From: Oligoflexales bacterium
Lineage (GTDB): Bacteria; Bdellovibrionota_B; Oligoflexia; Oligoflexales; RGVZ01
Direction: 5' to 3'
DNA: 64,000 bases
Assembly (NCBI GenBank): GCA_947445775.1
Contig: CANFEB010000005.1
Coordinates: forward strand, 36,066-100,065
Position 1 is the stretch's first letter. Each line of letters starts with the position of its first letter. Below the pieces are notes generated by a model. That model searched no databases. It was not told where the DNA came from and worked only from the letters and a program-made list of their open reading frames with translations. The position numbers and the translations under genes are program-made. Below, piece by piece: positions 56,232-64,000 of the stretch.

Positions 56232-58745
56232 CTACTTTTTCTTAAAGAATCCCTTCAATTTATCCTTCGCTTGGGCTTCCAATTTTTTGGCGCCTTCCTG
56301 CGCCTTTGTGGTGATCTCGTCGGCTTTCTTTTCATCGATGCCCAGGGATGGCAACGCTGATTTGATCGCTTGACGCGTGGAATCTTCCAGCGCCTTTTTG
56401 GCCTCCATCTCAAGTCTGGCGGCAGCATTGTCCTCGAAGTTGCGCGTCAACCCAGATGTATCCATTGCCAGCCGGGGCTTAAGCACATTGCCCCCCAACT
56501 TGAAGGAAAGCGGCAGGGCCTTGTTTTTGTCGAGCAGCATAGCCGCATATTCGCTCTGTTTGAGTAATCCGTTTTTTTCTGTTTCTGAAAGTGCGACATC
56601 CAGATTTCCCGAGAGGTCGCCCTCTAGTGTGGTGATCGCATCAAGCTTGAATTGACCAAGGTCACTCGCTGTATCCGAAGTGATCCTGATTTTTCCGTCG
56701 TTCACTTCAAACTGCCCCTTGCTGGAAGCGACCTTTTTTTCTCCGGCGTACTTGGTTGGGATCTTGACGAGTTTAACGCCGTCAATTCTTTTTTTGAGGT
56801 CATCAATCTTGGGGCGCTTGTCCTCAGGAATGCGTTTGCCGAGGGGTGAGTTGAAAAATTTGTCGATGTTTTTAATGGCTTTTTCTGCGGCCTTGCCCGA
56901 CGTCAAACCCGACATGAATCCTGCGAAAGCATCGGCCACCAGTGGGCGCAATTCGCCTCCGCGCACCCGCAAATCGCTAATGTTGTAGGAACCCTTGCCA
57001 CTAAGTGTTTTGGAGATGGTTTGGCGCGTTGTGCCGCGTGCGCTCGCCGTCATTGCCAAACTCAATTTTCCAGTCAGGGCTTCCCTTTGCGCAGGAGCAA
57101 TGACATCGAGCGCATCGCCGGCCGACACACTGTCAAGGTTGAACGTTCCTTGAAATTCCAGCGGTGCGGCAGAGAGGTTTAATTTGCCGTCAGCATTGAC
57201 GCTGCCGCCAAGAGCCTGGAGCGAAAATTTTTGCAGGGCCAACTGAAGTTCCTTCAGTGATGCCTTCATTGCAAGGTTGCTGATCGTGAGCTTCTCCCAA
57301 ACGATTGCATTCATGGCGACGTCCACAGAAACTTCGTGGGGCTTCAAGGTTTCCTTTAACTCTGAAGATAACGCGAAATCCTTTTCGGTACCGGAAGCTC
57401 CTCCGGGAGCGGCTGGGGATCCCGGCGTGGCAGATTCGGCGGCCCCAGCAGTGGCGGCGCCTGTGGTGGAGCCGCCAGCTTGCGCGGGTGGCAAAAACGG
57501 CTTTAATAGAGCTGACAAATCTATTTGTTTGCTGGTGAACTTGATCTGGGCCCTTGCCGGCATAACGGATGTCGCATTCACCGCCAGATTAAAATCGGAA
57601 CCGGCCAACTTGCTCTCGACAATCAGGTCAGCATGAAGCGCTGCCAGGTCGGCCACGGGGCCATCAACTTTTGCATGAACCGAAAGCGAAGCTTTTTGCA
57701 GCATCTTTTCATGCTGCGGCAGCATTGCCCCTAGACTCGAAATATCAGGACTTTCGATGTCCATGGAGAACATTGTCTTTAGGGTCCTGAAATCGCTGAC
57801 AGCCAATTTGCCGCTGCCGGCGATGTTGAGGATGTCAAAGCCCAGCTCATCAACTTGGAGGCTCGTTGGCGATGCCGCGCCGCGAATCCGCAACGCGATA
57901 TTCTGGCCTGGTTTTTTTACCAGCGCATTTTGAAAATTCAGGGCGAGTTCCTTAAGGTCGAGATTGCCATTGAATGCAAGGCGCTTGAAAAGTGATTCTG
58001 GTCCCGTTTCAATCCGGGCCATCAGTTTTGCCGTGATGGCCCCGCCAACGACAGCGCCGCCTTCTTTCGCCTTCAAGCGAGTGGTCAAGGCAATGTCGAT
58101 GTCGCGATCCAAGCCGATATTGCGAATGGCAAAGTCCAGATCAGAGACCCGAGCAAGAGGCTTGCCATTGGCCGTGATGCTGACCGCGGCACCCGTTAGG
58201 AGGACCGACTTGATTAGGACCCGCTCGCGGATGTGGGCGATGCCTGTGCTGTCGAGGGCCAAGGGCTGCGAAGTCTGCGTTCCCTGGGCTTCCGGACCGG
58301 CCGGGGGCGTCGCCGTCGCCGGGGGAATGCCTGGTGCCGGGGCTTTGGCCAGGCTGGCCAGGTTGTTGGACCCATTGAGGAGCCGGATTTCTACGGCCGG
58401 ATTGACGATCCGGAGTTCGCCAACCAACTTTCCCTGCAACAGGGGCCAGAATTCAGTAGCGAGAAACACCTCGTCTGTCTTAAAGAGTGTGGTCCCACTG
58501 AAAGTAGAATCGGTGTTGCGGATTTCAGCATTTTTGATGGTGACCCCAAGTTTGGGAATCCCATGAAGGCGGATGGACTTGAAGTCGAGGTCCGCATTCA
58601 CTGTGCTGCTAACGGCAGCTTGAATCTGGGGTTTGAACTTTTCCAGGTCGATAAGAAAGGGCAGCGCAATTGCGCTGGCAAGCGCAAGGCCTAGGACAAC
58701 GACGGAACTTACGACCCATTTAGTTTTTGACGCGATCAACAGCAT
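56232..58745 (-). CDS. AsmA-family protein
   Basis: N-terminal TM, LPFLIDLEKFKPQI, long beta-rich body, LPLSFKLGG..KP near the C-terminus. Confidence 0.85.
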   Translation of the reverse strand: MLLIASKTKWVVSSVVVLGLALASAIALPFLIDLEKFKPQIQAAVSSTVNADLDFKSIRLHGIPKLGVTIKNAEIRNTDSTFSGTTLFKTDEVFLATEFWPLLQGKLVGELRIVNPAVEIRLLNGSNNLASLAKAPAPGIPPATATPPAGPEAQGTQTSQPLALDSTGIAHIRERVLIKSVLLTGAAVSITANGKPLARVSDLDFAIRNIGLDRDIDIALTTRLKAKEGGAVVGGAITAKLMARIETGPESLFKRLAFNGNLDLKELALNFQNALVKKPGQNIALRIRGAASPTSLQVDELGFDILNIAGSGKLAVSDFRTLKTMFSMDIESPDISSLGAMLPQHEKMLQKASLSVHAKVDGPVADLAALHADLIVESKLAGSDFNLAVNATSVMPARAQIKFTSKQIDLSALLKPFLPPAQAGGSTTGAATAGAAESATPGSPAAPGGASGTEKDFALSSELKETLKPHEVSVDVAMNAIVWEKLTISNLAMKASLKELQLALQKFSLQALGGSVNADGKLNLSAAPLEFQGTFNLDSVSAGDALDVIAPAQREALTGKLSLAMTASARGTTRQTISKTLSGKGSYNISDLRVRGGELRPLVADAFAGFMSGLTSGKAAEKAIKNIDKFFNSPLGKRIPEDKRPKIDDLKKRIDGVKLVKIPTKYAGEKKVASSKGQFEVNDGKIRITSDTASDLGQFKLDAITTLEGDLSGNLDVALSETEKNGLLKQSEYAAMLLDKNKALPLSFKLGGNVLKPRLAMDTSGLTRNFEDNAAARLEMEAKKALEDSTRQAIKSALPSLGIDEKKADEITTKAQEGAKKLEAQAKDKLKGFFKKK

Positions 58746-58774
58746 TTTTATTCTCCAAGTCAGGCAGATACTCT

Positions 58775-59440
58775 ATGAAACCACAAACTGGCGAATTCGT
58801 TGAGGGTCTTCGTAACCGGAAGACGCAAAAGTTGTTTATTTGCCTGGAAGCGTCCTCGTCCCCGGGGAAAGTCCGGGTGATCAACCCAGGTGGGGATGTT
58901 TTGATTGTGATGGAAGAGCTTTTCGATTTGGAGCCGGTTGAAGTTGCGATTGGTGAGGTTTCTCGCTTTTTTACCGATGAACAGGTCTCCAGTTGGCATG
59001 CCCATCTGGCTGATGAGGTGGAGCAGCGCCGTCTAGAAGTCGACCGCAACGCCCGAATCGACGCTCAAAAAAATGAATTTGGAAGCCATGGCAGGTCAAT
59101 GGCCTCGGCCTCGGCCCCGGCCCGGACAAAGGTAGATTCAACCCGCAGCCCGCCGCGGACGTCGCGCAAGTCGACGTCGATTCCAGTCAAAGTGATTCCT
59201 GGGCGTGTTGTCGCCAACTGGGCCTCGGAACGCCTGGTCTTTTATCGTCATAGGATCGACCCGCTGCGCCCGTCAGAGCAATTTCAGGTTAAAATTCAGG
59301 ATGTTGGGACTTTTCAAATCACGAAAGCCGATTTTCAACGCGTGTTTAACAACGTCATTATGTCCCAGCTGTATCGCTCCCAGGGAATGTTTTCCTACGA
59401 ACAGGTCCCGGATGAAGCGCGCCCCTTTATCAAAGAATAG
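58775..59440 (+). CDS. Hypothetical protein (two domains joined by a Ser/Arg-rich linker)
   Basis: Long ORF divergent from asmA. Confidence 0.65.
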   Translation: MKPQTGEFVEGLRNRKTQKLFICLEASSSPGKVRVINPGGDVLIVMEELFDLEPVEVAIGEVSRFFTDEQVSSWHAHLADEVEQRRLEVDRNARIDAQKNEFGSHGRSMASASAPARTKVDSTRSPPRTSRKSTSIPVKVIPGRVVANWASERLVFYRHRIDPLRPSEQFQVKIQDVGTFQITKADFQRVFNNVIMSQLYRSQGMFSYEQVPDEARPFIKE

Positions 59441-59539
59441 ATCTTTCTTTATTAAAATTGTCTTTCATACTAATAGATCTTATGCGTTTGACTAGATTTT
59501 CTAACGCCGATTTTAAGGCCGGTTTTTATGGGGGGATTT

Positions 59540-60580
59540 ATGGTCTCGATCATGCGCGGTTTGACCTTTGACGATGTTCTTCTGGTTCCCGGATACAACG
59601 GAATCAAATCACGGCAAGACGTAAGCATTTCAGTGACCCTCAAAGACCGCAATTTTGAAATTCCCGTTGCCAGCGCAAACATGGACACGGTCACCGGGCA
59701 AATCATGGCGGACGCAATCACCAGCCTTGGTGGGATGGCGATCCTCCACCGCTTTATGTCGATCGAAGAAAACGTGGCCCAATTCAAGGCCTGCACTAAT
59801 CCCAGAAATACCGGTTTTTCCATCGGAGTCGGCGATGACGGCCTGGGGCGTGCCGAAGCCCTGATCGCAGCTGGTGCTGGCATCGTATGTGTGGACGTCG
59901 CCCACGGCCATTCCAAGGAAGTGAACCGGACGATTCGCGCTCTACGTGATTCGTTCAAGGATAATATTTTGGTGATCGCCGGTAATGTCGCAACCTATGC
60001 CGGAGCCGATTACCTAGCAGCGGCAGGGGCCGACGTGATCAAAATCGGGATCGGGCCTGGATCGGTTTGCACGACGCGCATCAAGACCGGTTACGGAGTG
60101 CCGCAATTGACGGCAATCATGGAATGCCGCAAGGTCGATCGCGCCCTGATGGCTGACGGCGGTATCCGGACACCTGGCGATGCTGTGAAGGCGTTTGCAG
60201 CAGGGGCTGACTTCGTCATGCTCGGTGGCATGCTTGCCGGCACCGCGGAAACACCGGGCGAAACTCTGGAGCGCTCCCTGCCAAATGGACAGACGCAGAA
60301 GTTCAAACAGTTCCGGGGCATGGCATCCCGCGAGGCTCAAGATGATTTCATGGGTGGCATGAAAGGGTGGAAGACGGCCGAGGGCGTATCCATTGAGATT
60401 CCTTGTCGTGGATCGGTCCGCGATGTGATTCAAGATGTTGTGGGCGGCTTGCGTTCCGGTTTGACCTATTGCGGTGCGGCCGACATCAAGAGTCTGCAAC
60501 GCAAGGCTCAATTCATCGAGATCAGCGCGGCTGGCTTTCGTGAGGGAACTCCCCATGGGATCGGACGTCTAACCATCTAA
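59540..60580 (+). CDS. IMP dehydrogenase / GMP reductase family protein lacking CBS domains
   Basis: LTFDDVLLVP, ANMDTV, DVAHGH, GIGPGSVCTT, ADGGI, FRGM, LRSGLTY. Confidence 0.9.
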   Translation: MVSIMRGLTFDDVLLVPGYNGIKSRQDVSISVTLKDRNFEIPVASANMDTVTGQIMADAITSLGGMAILHRFMSIEENVAQFKACTNPRNTGFSIGVGDDGLGRAEALIAAGAGIVCVDVAHGHSKEVNRTIRALRDSFKDNILVIAGNVATYAGADYLAAAGADVIKIGIGPGSVCTTRIKTGYGVPQLTAIMECRKVDRALMADGGIRTPGDAVKAFAAGADFVMLGGMLAGTAETPGETLERSLPNGQTQKFKQFRGMASREAQDDFMGGMKGWKTAEGVSIEIPCRGSVRDVIQDVVGGLRSGLTYCGAADIKSLQRKAQFIEISAAGFREGTPHGIGRLTI

Positions 60581-60629
60581 GCGTGTCACGATCAGGAGGC
60601 TTGTCGCTGGGGGGAAATCTTGCTAACTC

Positions 60630-60663
60630 AAACGGGCGGCCACATTTAGCCGTCTGTTTTTTT
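60630..60663 (+). terminator. Rho-independent terminator
   Basis: aaacgggcggc-cacattta-gccgtctgttt plus T-run. Confidence 0.75.
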
Positions 60664-60703
60664 GCAGTGTTTTTGCAACCTTGGAAAATTGGGGTTTTTG
60701 ATC

Positions 60704-61366
60704 ATGCGCCAGATGCGATTGTCCGGTTTTTTTATTGCCGCAGGCCTCTCCGGTCTGCTAGCAGCTTCTGAGTTATTTGCTGATGCGTATCCAGAGCCTG
60801 CAAAATTCTTGGGACGCTCCATCCGCACGACCCAACTTGTCAATGTAGACGGCAAGCCCTTTACGCTGCGCCCCGATTCGGGCAAGCCGATTGTGCTGAT
60901 TCCAGTCTTCACCAGTTGTCCAGTCACCTGCCCAACGATCCTGAAGGAGTTTCAGGTGTCTTGGGCAGAGGCGCTGCCGTCCCTTGCAACCTCTGGCGCG
61001 CAAGTTGCCGTCGTGAGCTTTGATCCAGCGGATACTCGTGCGGGGTTCAAAAAGTTGGTGTCCCGCCAGAAATTGCCCAAGGATTGGATTTATGCCGTGC
61101 CGAAGCCAGGCAAGGATTTCAAAGAGTTTGAGGCCCTGCTGGCTGATCTGGATTTTCGCTACTTTAAATTGAAGGGTCAGGGTGGGGGCTATGCTCATCC
61201 GGCGGGAGCCTATATCTTTGATGGTGGGGGGAAAGCCGGAAGGTTTCTCGCCCAGGCGGAGTTCACCAAGGAAGATATAGTCAATGCTGTCAAAGGAAGT
61301 GCAGTTGCCGGATCTGCCGGAGGGAATACCTCCAGAGGCCCTACAAAACGTCTGGACAACCGCTGA
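60704..61366 (+). CDS. SCO-family copper chaperone
   Basis: Signal peptide; FTSCPVTCP (CxxxC), SFDP.D, conserved His (YAHP). Confidence 0.88.
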   Translation: MRQMRLSGFFIAAGLSGLLAASELFADAYPEPAKFLGRSIRTTQLVNVDGKPFTLRPDSGKPIVLIPVFTSCPVTCPTILKEFQVSWAEALPSLATSGAQVAVVSFDPADTRAGFKKLVSRQKLPKDWIYAVPKPGKDFKEFEALLADLDFRYFKLKGQGGGYAHPAGAYIFDGGGKAGRFLAQAEFTKEDIVNAVKGSAVAGSAGGNTSRGPTKRLDNR

Positions 61367-63131
61367 GTCCTGGGATCATTTGACCTGGCTGTGGGATTGG
61401 GATCACATGATCTCGCCCGGGCGAGTTTTGCAAAAGTATTTATTTGACCATGGCACGGTTCCGTTCTGGAATCTGTATCTTTGCGGTGGCCAATTCGAAC
61501 TTCAGAACCCCCAGAGCTATGCGTTTACATGGCCTTCCTTGTTTTATTATTTGATGCCCCCTGCCGCGGCGATCATGGTCATATGGGCCCTGCTGACTGC
61601 GGTCGGGACTTGGTCCACGGCTAAGCTCCTTGAGATGGCGGGAGCAAGACCCTGGATTGCTTGGACCTGTGCGACGGCATTTACTTTTTCGGGATATTTC
61701 GGCGCACACTTCAATCAAGGGCATGCGACGTTTTGCTTTTTTCATCTGGTGCCGTTGCTGTGCTGGGTGATGACGAAAGAATGGCAGCAGCAAATGTCGA
61801 CTGGGCGCTCGCGCCTGGTGAATCCCTGGCTGGTAATAGTTGTGTTTCTGCTGTTTTCAGCTCCGGCGATTCAGACTCTGGTTTATGCTTTGCCGGCAGT
61901 CTTGATTTTGGCAGCAGTTTTGATTTGGCCGCAGTCGCGCGCGCCGGGCGCTGTCCGTGCGAGCGCGAGTTTTGCCGGCGGCCTTTTTGTTTCAGGTATT
62001 TTGGGCGTACTCACTGCTTCCTACAAATTCATGCCCGTCTTGTTTCAGTCTCTTTCCCGCCAGCGGCAAGGCATGTTTGAAGAACGCTACAGGCCGGCCC
62101 TGATGCTCAAGACTTTGCTCACCTTTGTTTCTGAGCCCGGGCGGATGTGGCAAGATTACCGCTTTCCTGAACGAATATTTGGTTGGTGGGAATACGCTGC
62201 GTTCATCAGTCCAGTTCTTCTTGTGCTGGCACTCGCTGCACTTTACGTTGTTGTGAAGGGGCGAAGTCGCGGGCTGATTCAACGGCGCTTTATGATCACT
62301 GGATTGGTGCTCATGACAACGGGATTTCTTTTAACCCTCGGTAATGGTTTTTGGTTGGATGTCATCCGTGCGATGAAGGTCGATGGTTTGTTTGAGCGTT
62401 TTCTGCACTCTTTTCGTATTTTCCCAAGATTTCAGGTGCTCTTTTTGTTTGGCGCGACCATCTGTTGTGCGTTGTTCATGGAAATTTTTGCGCCGCGTCG
62501 CGCCGCATTCCGGGCGGCTATGATCGTTCTGATCGCTGGTCCATCGCTGGCGCAGGCTGCGGTGATGGTCCACGGAATTTATGCCATTCCTGATCGCGCC
62601 ATGATTGCCCGCCTTAAACTTGAAGCCTCATTTTCAGACATGGCCCGCCAGGAGAGTTTGTTTCTATCCAATAGGGTCTTGATCATGCCCGGGATCATAT
62701 CGGCACAGGACCTCATGATCCGCCGTGGGGCTATTATTGATGGGTGTTACGAACAGTTTTTTCCAGTGAGGCCTCAATTTCAAAGGCAGACTTCTGATAT
62801 CCTGCGCCCGGCGACCACTCCGCCCCTTGTCAGGCTAGAAAATGTCACGTCAACGTCATTTCAACTCAAAGTTCCTGCAGATTTGGACCGAAACCTTGTT
62901 TTGAACCTGCCGCTAGTCATCGAGGCAAAGTTTGAGCCGGAACCTAGTCTGGGCCAGACGGGTCTGGAGTTCGAACGCGCCTCTGTGGCCGGACGCGCGA
63001 TCCAAGTTCGGTTTCCAGTCGACGATGCGCAGTTTGGCGGAGTCGTATCGATCACAGCAATCATGACGGCCATCGGTCTTTATCTCAGTGAACGGCGTCA
63101 TGCCGCGCGGGTAAAAGGCGTGGGACCGTGA
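61284..63131 (+). CDS. Polytopic membrane protein (YfhO/GT-C-like)
   Basis: DWD, PFWNLYLCGG, FTFSG.F..H..GH, WWEY, RIFPRF; many TMs; start uncertain. Confidence 0.75.
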   Translation: MLSKEVQLPDLPEGIPPEALQNVWTTAESWDHLTWLWDWDHMISPGRVLQKYLFDHGTVPFWNLYLCGGQFELQNPQSYAFTWPSLFYYLMPPAAAIMVIWALLTAVGTWSTAKLLEMAGARPWIAWTCATAFTFSGYFGAHFNQGHATFCFFHLVPLLCWVMTKEWQQQMSTGRSRLVNPWLVIVVFLLFSAPAIQTLVYALPAVLILAAVLIWPQSRAPGAVRASASFAGGLFVSGILGVLTASYKFMPVLFQSLSRQRQGMFEERYRPALMLKTLLTFVSEPGRMWQDYRFPERIFGWWEYAAFISPVLLVLALAALYVVVKGRSRGLIQRRFMITGLVLMTTGFLLTLGNGFWLDVIRAMKVDGLFERFLHSFRIFPRFQVLFLFGATICCALFMEIFAPRRAAFRAAMIVLIAGPSLAQAAVMVHGIYAIPDRAMIARLKLEASFSDMARQESLFLSNRVLIMPGIISAQDLMIRRGAIIDGCYEQFFPVRPQFQRQTSDILRPATTPPLVRLENVTSTSFQLKVPADLDRNLVLNLPLVIEAKFEPEPSLGQTGLEFERASVAGRAIQVRFPVDDAQFGGVVSITAIMTAIGLYLSERRHAARVKGVGP

Positions 63132-64000
63132 ATATCCGGCCTCCGAAAATTTTTGGCAATAATCCTGACCGGTACTACTGGCTGATCCTTGTTGGACTGC
63201 TTGTGCTGATGATGGTGTTGTCCGGTGATTTCTGTGTCACCTTCGACGAGTGGGCGCAGTTCGAATATGGCCGGAGGGTTGTTGCCTACTTGATTTCTGG
63301 AGGGAGCGATCATTCTTCCGAATCCTACCGCAACTTGTTTATGTACGGCGGATTTTTGCTTGGATTTGCATTGCCTTTACAGCACAGATCAGCCGGGTAG
63401 CACTTGGGCCGGTTGCAGGCATTGTGACGGCGCTCGCGATGGCTCTGTGTTTTTTCCAGAATTATCATGTGCGTTTTCCCTACTACAGCTGGCAGTCCTT
63501 TTTTAAAATCTCGGCGGCCATTGGCCTGGCCTTAAGCGTTCGGGTTGGTGGCGTGATTCTATTGTTCGAATTTGGACTTCTGCTGATTTTTTTGTTTCTT
63601 CGCGACCAGAACAACGCGAAGACTCCGACTCGCAAGGCATTGACGATGTTTGTCATTTTGAGCGGTTGCAGCGTTCTGGCATTTTCAGTCGCCTTGATGT
63701 TTTGGCCGTGGGCTCTGCAGGATCCAGTGCCCAGGATTAAACAAGCACTGACTGTCTTTTCGAATTTCAACGTCACCATCATGGTTCAATTCGCCGGTAA
63801 ATGGCTGCCAAGTGATGGTCTCCCGTGGTTTTACGTTCCCTGGCATTTTTTAATTCAAACGCCACCGATTCTAACAATTGGTTTTCTGGCGGCCTGCGCG
63901 GGCCTGGCTTTTTCGATGCGACGCGTGGGGGCCTCAGGGCAATTTCTGCAAAGGCTTGGCGGTGATTCGCCTAGGATTTTTTTGCGGCTTATACGTGCCT
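63128..64000 (+). pseudogene. Frameshifted, internally deleted GT-C (ArnT/PMT-like) glycosyltransferase; runs off the window
   Basis: TFDE..YGGF then stop at 63400; another frame continues AWICIAF..GLALSVRVGG..FWPWALQDP..LPWFYVPW.FLIQTPP. Confidence 0.7.

Noticed and set aside
59441-59539. Purine riboswitch upstream of the IMPDH/GMPR gene
   Set aside because: No conserved purine-aptamer core visible.

Overview
A 64 kb, gene-dense bacterial chromosome segment. Gene content points to Bdellovibrionota/Oligoflexia (inference): MglA beside dnaX, fused SecDF, many orphan lipoproteins and a lysM-dprA-smg-topA cluster. Housekeeping genes include ald, recQ, lysC, dnaX, ffs, secDF, tRNA-Ser(GGA), uppP, cutA, folE, lipB, ctpA, panC, plsB, rsgA, dprA, topA and an IMPDH/GMP reductase family gene. 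Four observations stand out. (1) Two internally deleted copies (11442-12524, 54335-54914) of one TG...CA transposon together reconstruct an IS1202/ISNCY-type DDE transposase plus an HNH endonuclease passenger and a conserved structured 3' segment; copy 2 and a cargo lipoprotein gene are bracketed by an 88-bp direct repeat. (2) A multi-hairpin, switch-like RNA lies in the panC leader. (3) An MglA homologue has lost all of its catalytic residues. (4) Several accessory loci have decayed by internal deletions. No CRISPR array, rRNA or prophage was seen. All family calls come from motif recognition by eye; no database search was run.
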